From Camelus dromedarius (lineage: Eukaryota), in contig NC_087436.1 in NCBI RefSeq assembly GCF_036321535.1, forward strand, positions 46,068,001 to 46,132,000: a DNA stretch of 64,000 nt. Direction: 5' to 3'. The notes beneath the pieces are model-generated. The model was not told where the DNA came from, ran no database searches, and saw nothing but the letters and a program-made list of their open reading frames with translations. The first letter of the stretch is position 1, and the number at the start of each line of letters is the position of its first letter. Below, one piece after another: positions 25,379 to 37,310 of the stretch. The position numbers were made by a program, and so were the translations under genes.

Positions 25379-26236
25379 AGGGGCCTTCAGGTACTCCTAG
25401 TCTCCTTTGGCTGCAACACCCTTGTGTATTTCCCGCACAAATTATTCTTCTTTTCTAGTTGTGCTGTGACATGAAGGGACTCGGAGGCTCTACCCGAGAC
25501 GAATTTTTGTACAATCTCCAGGGCCATCTGCTGGAAGCAGGCAAAGTTGCTATATTGTTGCTTCAGAAGGCAGATTTATTATTATTTTTTAATGAAACTA
25601 TATAAGTTAAAATACCATAAGAAGAAATGCTTCTTACAGAAATATTTACTTAATTTTTTTTTTTACTACTTGAAAGGATAAATTTCCATTACCTGAAAAA
25701 AATCGGCTGTGTGAAACATAAATTCCCTATTCAAAAAATGTCAGATTAAAAACCATCAAACGTAACAACTCATTTAGAAAGGACATACTTTAAAAAAAAA
25801 GGTATGATGGCAAGCTGTTTAAAAAGCTTGCCATATAAAAAGAAATCCAGGAATTGGCGGCGGGGGAGGGGGGTTGAATTAGAGAAGACAAAACTAGGCA
25901 AAATGATACATTTCCTAAAATATTTGAAAATTTTGTTCCGAAGAGTGGTCTGTTGCTTCAGATATCAGAATAAAGACAAATAAGTTGGATTTTGTTACAT
26001 GCATTATTTTCAAGCACAGGATGCTGGGAATCCTGGAAAGGTATTCCCACATCAGAAGGGAAGTTCAACTACATGTGCTTGACACTTTCTCTTAATTCCA
26101 GATTCCACAAACTGTCATTCTGTTTATCACTGGATTTCATTTAGTTTGATATTTTCAGTATTACAAAAACTTTAATTAATATCCTTAAAGTCTTCAAAGG
26201 CATATCCAACTTTAATTCCAGTGAAATTTAAATCCC

Positions 26237-26614
26237 TGTGATAGGCCGAATTGTGTCCCCTCAGAATTCATCTGTTGAAATCCTAACCCGTAATAACTCA
26301 GAATGTGACTGTACCTGGAGACAAGGCCTTTGAAGAGGTAATTAAGGTAAAATGAGGTCATACAGGTGGGTCCTAACCCAATACGGCTGGTGTCCTTACA
26401 AGAAGAAGAGATGAGAACACAGACACGCCATTCACAGAGGAAAGACGCTGTGCGGATGGTGAGAAGCCAACGATAGAGGCCTCAGAATAAACCAAATCTG
26501 CTGAAACCTTGATCATGGACTTTTAGCCTCAAGAACTATGAGAAAATAAATTTCTATTGTTTTAAGTTACCCAGTCTGTGGTGTTTTGTTAGGGCAGCCC
26601 TAGCAAACTAAATA
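26237..26614 (+). mobile_element. MaLR solo LTR (MLT1A/B-like)
   Basis: tgtgataggccgaattgtgtcccctcagaattcat...gagaaaataaatttctattgttttaag...gcagccctagcaaactaa. Confidence 0.8.
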
Positions 26615-28663
26615 AGGTCCTTCCTGGGGCTTCCTTCCTTTCCTCTATATTATATTCAAGTATTGCAGTAGCTTATCTTTATTTTCTTGGTTCATAATCT
26701 CTTTCAAAAAGGTTTTTTTCTTGTAACAGCTTTCTTCACGAATGAAAAGTAGAAATCAAGTAGATTCTTATGTACAGTTGCTGTGAATAGACTAAAACTA
26801 GTCCGTATCACACTCTGGCAAGCAAGCGTATAGAGGATTACAGGGCTTAAGCTACAGGAAACCTGGTGTGGGAGAGTGTTATTTTAAACGAGAATTTCTC
26901 CCATGAGATTGTCTCCTCTTAAACAAAGTTGAAGAGGGGTATTATTCCTCAGAAATTCTCTGTGAGAAAACTCTTGAGAAAAACATTCAGGAAAAGAGAA
27001 ATACACACTCCAGGGGGCGCCACGTGCTCCTGACCAAGAAGAGAAGAAGAATGGGGAGGCCCCCACTGCCCTCTAGGTGTGGCTGGCGCACAGGGACACA
27101 GGACTCCAGGGCCCCTCACTTTTACACCACGTGGGAAGAAGGGAGTGAACAAAGTAGAAGCAAAACTCTGGGGGCTTGGGGGATTGAAAGAGCGGGAGGT
27201 TTTCGCTGTGGTGAGTAGGGAATTTTGGAGAGAGGGGAGATACATAGAGGAATTGTAGGAGGCTTTCCTTTCCGCTTTTTCAGTGAAAGACCTTTGAATT
27301 ACATCTCTAAGGAAACTTACAGTTGTAAAGATCTTCGTTATTTATCACAATGCATCCCATTATCTGTGAATGAGACTCCGCACAGACACTAGATCACAGG
27401 GCGCCCCCTTGCACACTGCACATACTTAATCCAAAAGGGATCTCTAGGCCTGGCTGTTCTTATTTCCTGGATTCGGGAGATTTATGACATATGAGTAAGG
27501 TGGGGATTTCCTTTCTACTTTCCAAGATGAAAAGAGTTCTTACTTTGTTTTCCATGAAACTCCAATAGAGCTATAAGCTGCACAGCTGAAGCATATAATC
27601 CATGTACTTCCTCCATAATTGAGAGTGGGAAAGCCGCTCTGGTCCCCATTAGTTTCCATCCACTGAAGTTTGGAAAATATGTGCTTTGAGACACATTCTG
27701 GGCTGAGATAACATTTCTTCTGTGTGCATGTGTGTGTTTTATTCTGTTGTAATCAGCCTACAAGGCTAAAGCAATAAAAATTACAATGGCTGCAAAGACA
27801 CAAGTTCTTTGTAGACACAGAATATGGACATTTGGATAATTAACCTGCACACATGTAAACCATAGGCACAGTCATAATTTTGTCACAAGATCATGAGGCA
27901 CAGATGATAAGAACTGTATACAAATCACCATAATTAATGTCACATGCTCACTTTCAAAATAAGGTAGAACTTGGAGGTAAAAATAATAATATTTTGAGCA
28001 CCTACCAAGACATTGTATTAGGTTTGTTAAACATATTACTTTCACAAAATAGTAGACATTAAAAAAATAATTCTATGGATGAGAAATCTGAAACTCAAAA
28101 TGATGAAGAAACTCCCCCAACATCACCATTACTCCAATAATTCAGTGAGTGGGACGAGAAATGGGGGAAGTCATAGAGGAGGAAGGGATGGTTCCTGAAA
28201 TATGCCGGGACCCAGGGGCAAAGGTGGCTGATCCAGTTTCCAGCAGCTGCTGATGACCATTAAGAGAATTTTCTCTCACGTTCCTTAGTTGGGTGAGAAG
28301 AAATATAAGGGATTTCAAGCATCTAGAGGAAATCTACTTTCTAGTCCTCCCCTAGTGAAGAAACTTCAATGATCAGATTACTGAAAACTTAAAAAATATA
28401 TCTTAGCAAACTTTATCCTGGCAGCGGTTCATTTAAAAAATCACAGGAAAGTGTAACAGATTACTAAAAACATTCTGTCATTAACATACCTTTATAAAAG
28501 ATTTTTAAAAATTGGGCTTTAAAAAAAGCCAAGTATCTGAGGCTTTAAAATGCAACAGTCCTCTCGCATTTAACAATTAGGTTTAAAAACATCAAAAAGC
28601 AAATGCCCCTTCTGTCTTCGACTAATTTTCTTCTCACCGTGGTATAAACTGCTGGTGGGCTTC

Positions 28664-28682
28664 TATCGCCACCTGGTGGACA
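28664..28682 (-). promoter_or_regulatory. Strong CTCF core motif (predicted)
   Basis: Minus strand reads TGTCCACCAGGTGGCGATA, close to the consensus CCASYAGRKGGCR, in non-repeat sequence with CpG retained. Confidence 0.6.
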
Positions 28683-29867
28683 AAATATAGATGTGCGCTG
28701 ATTTGAGAAGATTGGGGCATGGAGAGGAACGAGATCAATGAGTTTTGTATTTGTGCAATTGATCTGAAAGGAGTGCATGGGAATATAAAAATAAATGGAT
28801 AAGAATAGTTTATTTCTTGGTAGGAAGAGGAACAATTTTTAGGTGTTGGATTACAAACTAGGATGGTATGGAACCAAAGTAATATCATATTCTTTAACGA
28901 ATTCTGCTAGAATCCTTCAACACCACATTCCATAGTGTAAAACTTTATTAACAATCTCGGCACCATGGACCAACTTAAAGAGATTTATCCAGTGATCTCA
29001 TTTGAAAGGACAGGAAGTTCTGTATCTACATCCATCTCTATTTCTACAACCTCACTTCTCCTACACCTAAAATTTCTGATTGTTTTATTTATTTTCACTT
29101 TAAAATGCAGATAATCCTGACAGGTGTAATGTATCCTTAAAGTGTTAGGGCCGAGATGTGACTGGGGAGTCTGTGCAGCAGAGGAAAAGCAGTGCGTAGT
29201 ACTGGTCACGGAGGAGTTCCAGCTCTGCCTTTCAGCACAGGGTTGGATTGCACTCGGTAGTCAGTTGGCTATAGTGCCCTTTCTGGTCAATGAATTATGA
29301 GTTAAGATTTTAAAAATCCATAAAAGAAACTAACACAACATTGTAAATCAATTGTGCTTCAATTTTAAAAAATCCATATGATTGTAGGAAAGTGGTTAAC
29401 AGTTGACATTAGGCAGCAGAATAGATGATAAAATCTATAAAATTCAGTGGGTTTTGGGGGGAGTTAATTTCCTTTGTCATCTTTCCATTAGTGAAACAAG
29501 TGAGACATTAAATATACAGCTTGCTCAATGTATGATAAATATATGACAAGTGATATGAGATGTGATTAAAAATAATGAAAATAACTTTTTCATACTTATC
29601 AGAACATATTTAGCTACATAAATAAATGCTGCCTTTCAAAGCAGTTAATTTGGGTAATGATATACTGCTATATGCAGAGCACACTAGAAATTATAAGCCT
29701 CCATTTGTCCCTAGCCCCAGTGCCTTCACCTGTTGGCCAACCTTCACCAACTGGTCAGCCACTACTGAGCAAGAAGGGAGCTGCCCCGTAAGTGGTCGTA
29801 TCTGATGTGACTGTGGATGAGGTCTAGGCCCTCCGTGTCCAAGTCACATGAAACCTGACCCTACCCT

Positions 29868-30260
29868 CACCTGAAAAGATGCTCAATATCACTAATTCTC
29901 AGAGGAAGGCAAATCGAAATTGCAATGAGATATCACCTCACACCAGTCAGAATGGCCAGCATCAAAAAATCCACAAACGATAAATGCTGGAGAGGGTCTG
30001 GAGAAAAGGGAACCCTCCTACACTGTTAGTGGGAATGTAAAATGGTGCAGCCATTATGGAGAACATATGCAGATTCCTTAAACAACTAAAAATAGACTTT
30101 CCATATGATCCAACAATCCAACTCCTGGGCATATATCTGGAGAAAACTCTACCTCGTAAAGATACATGCACCCCAATGTTCATAGCAGCACTGTTTATAA
30201 TAGCCAAGACATGGAAGCAACCTAAATGTTCATCAACAAGTGATTGGATTAAAAAAATGT

Positions 30261-30315
<55 letters not shown>

Positions 30316-30794
30316 GAATACAATCATAAAAAAGAGTGAAATAATGCCATTTGCAACAACATGGATGGACCTAGAAATTATCATACCAACTAAAGTAAGT
30401 CAGAAAGAGAAAGACAAATATCATATCATGTATGTGGAATCTAAAAAAATGACACAAATGAACTTATTTACAAAACAGAAACAGACTCACAGACAGAAAA
30501 CACTTATAGTTACCAAATGGGAAAGTAGAGGGGAGGGACGAATTAGAAGTTTGGGATTAGCAGATACAAACTACTATATATAAAATAGATAAACAACAAA
30601 GTCCTACTGTTTAGCACAGGGAACTAACTGTATTCAATATCTTGTAATAACCTATTATGAAAAAGAATATACATATATATAAATGAATCACTATGCTGTA
30701 CACCAGAAACTAACACAATATTATAAATCAAATATACTTCAAAAACCAAAACCAAAACCAAAACCAAAACCAAAACCAAACAACCCCCACCCCA
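29868..30794 (+). mobile_element. 5'-truncated artiodactyl-type L1 with TSD
   Basis: ORF 30056-30583 is the L1 ORF2 C-terminus ([12 protein letters not shown]...KTWKQPKC). 3'UTR and (CCAAA)n tail. TSD aaacctgacccta at 29851-29863 and 30795-30807. (TA)24 at 30263-30310. Confidence 0.92.
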
Positions 30795-32234
30795 AAACCT
30801 GACCCTATCCTACCTACACTGAATTTCTGGACATTAAACCTAGGGCCAAACCTATAGTTGTATAGGATCTTCCCTTCCCCTCATAGTGTGGTTTCCTCCG
30901 CTTAAACACTGACCTGAGTGACTTGTGTGGTGGATGATGTATTAGGTTCTTTCTGTTTAGTTCTTTAGTTTCCTTTCCTTCCTAACCTCTATTCCCTGCT
31001 CATCCATCCCCATAGATACAGGGATAACTCTTAGCCACGCTTTTGCTGCAGGACCCTACAACTGAGTGGACTAGGAGTATGTGCTTGGCACAAACTGGGT
31101 AAATCAGAGTCCCTTCACTCTCAGTGTGGGACTGGATAAAATAATCCAATCTTAGTTTGGAATCCCTCTTGAATGGAGGAGCTGTAATTCGGGAGCTATA
31201 GGAGGCCAGCCTTAGGGAATGCTTATTAACAGCATGTCCCTCCTTTGCCTTACAATTGCATCTTTGGTATCAAAGAAGAAGAGAGAGGAGGAAAAGCATG
31301 AAGGAATGAATGAAAGACCCTGTGAGCAGGAGGATGGAAGCAGGGAACAAGCAGAGAGGAGGGATGGAGAAGCCTCCTGCCAGCAGTGAAGGGCCTGAGT
31401 CCAGCTTCTTCCAGGGTTTCAACAGCGGTGCTTCTCCTGATAGGAAGAAACTCCCCTCCTTTCTGTTTAAGCTAATTTGTTTCTTGTAGTCAAATGAGTT
31501 TAAACCAATACCCCTGAGGTTCTTGCATACCTCCTGATAAAGTTATAAAAGGACATGTCTTCAGACCCAGTTCAAAAGCCAATCCCCAAACCAGTCTTAC
31601 TACATTTTAATCACCTTTTGAGTTTGGTGACATTTCATACAGGAGATATTCAGAAAATGCACACTCTGTGCAATGCATAGTGCTTGTCAATCATAGGAAT
31701 GAAAAGATTAGTAGGAATTAATCGTTTCTTGGGGAGACAAAATAACACATAAAAATAATAATAGGTAATAAGTCCCATGACAGAAGTATAACTAAACGGA
31801 TTTGGGACAGAGAAAAGAGCAATTTATTCAGATTAAAAAAAAAAACTTTATCAAAGGCTGAAATGCTAACAACATGCTGAGAAGTGTGTTATGATCTGGA
31901 GATACAGTGCAGAATAAAACATAATCTTATAGCTTAAGGAGCTTAAGTTTTATCTCAAGGATAAGTGCAAATGCATTTGGCGGCCAGAGGAGGACCTAAC
32001 CATGTGTTTGGGGGGAGGATTTAAGAAGGCATCCAAGAAAAGGAGATATCTAACTTGATGTCGAAATGTATAAAGGTTAAATAGGGTTAGATGAAGATGG
32101 GTTAGAAGAAAAAAATCTCATAGAAAACTTGCAAATAAAAAAGGCTAGTACTGAGACAGTTGTCTCAGCGGCGTTAGACGTTAACTCTCTGGTTTCATTA
32201 CTTTCCACTCTTCTGTTTTCCTTCTAACCGCTTT

Positions 32235-32622
32235 CTTTTTTTTTTTAAATTGTACTTTTTAAAAATTGATGTACAGCGTTATATAAGTTACAGGTGTACA
32301 ACACAGTGATTCACAATTTTTAAAGGTTATACTCCCTTTAGAGTTACTATCAAATATTGGCTACATTCCCCGTGTTGTACTATATACCCTTGTTGCTTAT
32401 TTATTTTTATACATAGTAGTTTGTACCTCTTCATCCCTTACCCCCTCTTGTCCCTCCCCTTCCTTCTCCCCACTGGTAACACCAGTTTGTTCTCTGTACT
32501 TGTGAGTCTGTTTCTTTTTTGTTATATTCACTAGTTCGTTGTATTTTTTAGATCCCACATAGAAGTGATATCACACAGTATGTGCTTCTCTGTCTGACAT
32601 ATCATTCAGCATAATACCCTCC
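32235..32622 (-). mobile_element. L1 3' end
   Basis: Poly-T followed by gattcacaatttttaaaggttatactcc...ctggtaacaccagtttgttctctgt...agatcccacat...cagcataataccctc. Confidence 0.85.
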
Positions 32623-32710
32623 TACTACCTTTTCCTCTTACCTGTCTGGCTCCTTCTCAGTCTTGTCCTGAATTCCCTTTCCTTCTCTTTCCTCACTCCC
32701 TTGCTAGGAG

Positions 32711-33135
32711 TGTGTTAACTGACAAATCCATGTCTTGAGACCTGAGCTGTGGCCAGCGAGTCCTGTCGACCAGCTGAGGTCTGGGCCCTGGAGTTTCTCT
32801 GTCACCTAGTGGTGGGGCTGCTGTAGGTAGCTCTGTCCTCCGGCAGTTCCACTGCCACAAGCCGGCTGAAGGCTCCTGCGGCAGCCATACCCGTCCTTGG
32901 AGGTTAGCCTTGGGGCTGGAGGCTTCTCTATTTTGAAGTTTCCTTCCCTGTTCTCATTCCATTGACTTTAAAGGTGGTCGCTGCTATCTGCAGTTACTAT
33001 TTCTGTACCTCTTAGAATCCTCTTTTATCTTTTTGTAGCTCACCATATTTTACTACTTCACAATTGTTTATGTTCAACGCTTCTATTTAAATAACTGATA
33101 CGGTTTTTGTCTCCTGGCTGGACCTTGGCTGAGAG
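32711..33135 (+). mobile_element. ERVL-type LTR (LTR33-like)
   Basis: Starts tgtgttaact and ends aaataactgatacggtttttgtctcctggctggaccttggctga, resembling the recalled LTR33 3' end. Confidence 0.5.
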
Positions 33136-33342
33136 AATGAGGCAGAGGCAGGAGCTGGGAGGGCTGCACACAGCACAAACCGTGACAGGAAAGAATGAAA
33201 GGTCTGACTTCACCAAAGTTAAAGGCTTCTGTTCTTTGATAGAGACCATTAAGAAACAGAGAGGCAATTCAATCAAGCAGCTAATATTTGTAATATGTAT
33301 ACCTAAGAAGGGATATAACAGAATATCTCAAAGGTAAGAAGA

Positions 33343-33688
33343 TTGTGTTAATTTGCTAGGGCTGCTATGACAAAATGCCACAGTTCTGGTGGCTCAAACA
33401 ACAGAAATCTCCCACAGTTTTAGAGGCGAGAAGTCCAAGATCAAGATGCTGGCAAGTTCCCTTTCTCCCGAGACCTCTCTCGGGAGACCGCGCATTCTCT
33501 CACTGTCCTCACAGGGTCCTTCTGCTGTGCGTGTACAGGTCTGTGTCCAAATCTCCTCTTTTTTAAATTTTGTTTTATTTTATTTTATTTTTGAATCAAA
33601 AAATGTTTAATTGAAGTATAGTCAGTTTACAATGTTGCATCAATTTCTAGTATACAGCACAAATCTCCTCTTCTGATAAAGACCATTG
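33343..33688 (-). mobile_element. MLT1A-like LTR fragment interrupted by a ~100-bp L1 3' tip (33561-33659)
   Basis: tgtgttaatttgctagggctgctatgacaaaatgccaca...; TSD caaatctcctctt at 33548-33560 and 33660-33672 flanks the L1 terminus ttgaagtatagtcagtttacaatgttg. Confidence 0.8.
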
Positions 33689-33904
33689 AGACCCTGGCAG
33701 ATCTTAGAGTCAGAGCACTCTCTCTATTGCAATAGCCCTTCTCCTCCTGTTGCAATAATCCTTTTAAAGTCTCTCCCAACTTATGCCCAGATTTGTTTCT
33801 ATTTGACGTTTCCTTCCTGACTACCATGTGTTCAGCAGTGGGGCAATCTAGTAGGAATGAAGCAAGTAAATAGCCAATTACAAGCAAGTCAGAAGTGTAT
33901 CATG

Positions 33905-34620
33905 CAAGGTCTGCTACATAATTTGGGGGCCCTGGGGTGGAATGAAAATGCAGGATGCCTTGTTCAAAAGAGTAGGGAAAAAGTGCTATTAAAGGCATTA
34001 AAATATGTTTTCCTTTTCTTCCACGGTCTCGTTCAACATGTTATGGTGTCTTTTATTTTTTATTGTCATTCTAAAGAAACAATTTTAAAGTTAGTTATGA
34101 GCGTGAATTTTACCATTCCTCTTTACATTGTACAATACCAGTGTAAATGAAAGTATAAGAGCATTAAACTTGTGGAATCCTCAAAATTACACAATTCTTA
34201 ACACATGCATTTTGTTCTTAATAGAAGAGTGAAAACGCTGCATAAGAATAACTCAACTTTGTTTTTCACTTATTTATACATTTACATCCTACCAATATGC
34301 TCTATCAACACTTTAGCTTCCTGATGAATAAGGAAGGACTAAAAGGAAAAGGAGCTAGGGCTTCCTCTGTACTTCCCTCTCCTTCACCATTTTCAGTGGA
34401 AGTGCTTGGCTAATATCAGGAAGACAGGTAAGTAAGAGAAGACGTGGTAAGGTGCTTTGGTTGTTGTTTTTTAGAACACCATTGCCTTCTGTCTGCATTC
34501 TGCATTCAAAGCAAACTCTTGTTTGAATGACCTGTGGCTTCTTGGGACTGTTAGCAACTCACTCCGCCCGATCATAGATCTGACATGCTTACCTTATACT
34601 GGCCTCGAGACTCCACCTCC
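33905..34620. mobile_element. MER45-like hAT-Tip100 DNA transposon
   Basis: caaggtctgctacataatttgggggccc...aatgaaaatgcaggatgccttgttcaaaa resembles the MER45 terminus. Right end approximate. Confidence 0.6.
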
Positions 34621-34624
34621 TGCA

Positions 34625-35150
34625 GCATTACCACTACCCTAGAGCAAGCTACCTTCTATCACAGTCTGTCTGTATCCATTCTCGTTCCTGTAATCCCCTG
34701 TACACCCTGTGGCCAGAGTGATCTTCTCAACCCCAAATGTGATATACTCCCACCAAAACCCTTCACTGCTTTGAGAATAGAGACAAGTATGACCTATAGA
34801 GTCCTGCAGATTTTGCTCTGCCATTCTCTCCAGTTTGTTTGCAGCATGCTCCATGAGCACCCTCTGTCCCTGAACATGGGCTTTGCTGCTCTTTGATCAA
34901 TCCATTTCTTCTGATCTTTTCCAAGGGAACTCTTCCCCAACGCTGTCCCAGCCTCACCTAATTAAACTCCACTCATCCTTCACACTGAAGTTCAAATATC
35001 CCTTCCTCAGGGAAGCTATCTCTCATCTCTGTCAAGTCATATCTTCCATTTATCCTCTTATAGAACCATATACCTTCCTTTGATGCACGCCTAAGAGTTG
35101 CAATTTTATATTTATTTTGGTGGTTGCTTGTTTGTTATCTATCTTTTATA
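34625..35150 (+). mobile_element. L2 3' fragment
   Basis: ggccagagtgatcttctcaaccccaaatgtgat...actcatccttcacactgaagttcaaatatccccttcctcagggaag. Confidence 0.65.
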
Positions 35151-37160
35151 GCATATAAATAAAGATACCCCTTTCCTACATATCTTTTTTGGTTTTTGTA
35201 ACACTTATCGTACGTAGGTGGTGACTGATCATTTATTCATGAGGTGACCGGAATAATGCGTCTTCCAAATAGACTATGTCTGTTTTGTTTACTGCTTTCC
35301 CCTCATCCACACCTTGAAGCTTTTCTCATACATACTGATGAGCTTAACAGTTAATCATTCAATGACTGATAGCAAATGACTGGATCGGACTTACTTTAAC
35401 TGCTCAATTCCAAAGAATTATTGATTTCAATGAGTTCCTAAGAAGCATTGCAAATAAACATTGTCCCACTGTCTGAACACTCCCTCCTTTTCCCTTTGTC
35501 TTGCGATTTTACTTTAGTCTCCTTCAAAATCTCAGTGGCAGGATGGATATGATCCTCTGGTCCTTGGAGGGGAGGGGTCTGAAGTATTCATATTATCTTG
35601 CTTTTGCCTGCTTCTCTCTCTCTTCATGTCCATCACCTCAAGGCCCCTCCCCTTTCTGTCTGTCACTGTATAGTCCTTGCGGATGTCCCCTCCTCTTTTT
35701 CTTTTTGACCAGTCTCATTGCGTTTCCAACATCTGTTATGGTTTAGAGGGAACTCTTGCTTGAAAAGAGAAGTTCTTTCCAGGCCATGCTATACATTTCT
35801 AGCAAAAGCACGTGAATGAACATTTCATAAGGAAGTTGCCCTGGAAATGGGCTGTTGTAGTGAAAAGAGGCCTTGGCCTGTTACTTGGTCCCCGTGGCCT
35901 GCTCACTCTTGCCCGGTCAGGACTTTCCATCGCGCTGAGTGGCTGGCTCTCCCATCCTCTGCAGACCGTGCGGATTACAGTATGTACATTGGCACTCGTT
36001 TCACAGCAAGTGCAAACAGCTGGGGTTCTTGTTGTTTGTCCAGTGCCAAGATGTTATTCCTCATAAGACCTTTTAACTGCTTTTGCAGTTAGGAACGTCG
36101 GTGACTGGGAAATCAAACGTTTTATCCGGTGGTTTGTTAACGCAGCGCTATTTTCCAGATGTTTTCTGGAGCTGTTCCTCAGATGCTGATTTGTGGTGGC
36201 GCTGATATTTTCTTTCTATAGCATTTATTATTTTTGAGCAGTGATATGTAATTTCGTTAGGGGAAATGTCTTTTCCAAACTCTTGGTTTCTGATGACACG
36301 GAGTTATTTTGTGCCTCGTGTTAATCCCACAAACCACAGGACTTGGCCCGATTATAGACAGGACTAGACAATAGAAGCTTTAGAAGAACGCTGCACCAGA
36401 CTTTTCTCTCTCTAAGCTACCAGATACACCAACAGAGTAAAGGGCCAGCGAATTTCAGGGCCAGGGAGATTATTTACTCAGATCGTCTGTTTATTCACAC
36501 AACATAGCTGGAACTCATAGATGCTAAATTATTTAACCCTGGGCCGCACAACTAGTTGTTAGTAAGATCCAAACTAGAACCCAGGTGTTCTAGAGGCAGA
36601 GGAGAGGAAACCTTTTTTCTATGCTTCTCACCTGGAGGCAGATGTGTGAATCTGCTCGTCCCCTTTAGTGGCCCAAGGATGCATTCCCTGGTAAAAAGTC
36701 TTTTGACAGCATTTTGAAAAGCAGGACAAAGTCTTGCTGCCAGTCCATAAAAACCATCACTCTTTCCCAGTGAGCAGCCCTGAGTGTGGCCCACTGCCAG
36801 CCCTCTCTTCATACAGGCTTGCACTGAGGTATCACACGGATGGAATGAGTCCCGTGCAAAGCCACTGTGCCAGGAATAGTTCCTATTTCTCTACTCTCCA
36901 ACTCTTACTTTCTCCCTGCAAGCTCTCTCCAACCGCACAAACCTACCGAGGGCCTCTTAAAGCTTCGTGATCATCTGTTTCTCCATCCACAGTGAGAGGC
37001 CGAGGAGAAGGAATCAAGCTCAGGACGCTGAGGCAGGGAAGTTTTGAGAATTTGACAGCAATTTATAAATAACTCAGGGTAGATGCTGCCAACAATGGGA
37101 AGTATAAATGGGAAACACGGTGATATTAAAAAAAAAAACAACAAAACTCTTCTTTGAGCT

Positions 37161-37310
37161 GGGGGGAGGGTATAGCTCAATGGCTGAGCACATGCTTAGC
37201 ATGTACCAGGTCCTGGGTTCAATCCCCAGCACCTCTATTAAATAGATAAATGAAAAATAAACCTAATTACCTTCCCCACCCAAACCCAAAGCAAAAGAAA
37301 AACAACCAAA
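37161..37310 (+). mobile_element. Vic-1-type camelid tRNA-derived SINE
   Basis: GGGGAGGGTATAGCTCAATGG (A box)...GGTTCAATCCCCAG (B box)...AATAAACCTAATTACC plus A-rich tail. TSD core tcttctttga at 37148-37157 and 37314-37323. Confidence 0.85.

Noticed and set aside
29962..30583. 175-aa and 140-aa ORFs with YIYIYI repeats
   Set aside because: Truncated L1 ORF2 C-terminus and its antisense, with a (TA)24 microsatellite; not host genes.
32801..32817. CTCF motif CCACTAGGTGACAG on minus
   Set aside because: Mismatch at a highly conserved G and located inside an old LTR; too weak to call.
37161..37235. tRNA gene (also 44165-44235)
   Set aside because: The tRNA-like head continues into a SINE body, A-rich tail and TSD, with no intact cloverleaf acceptor stem.
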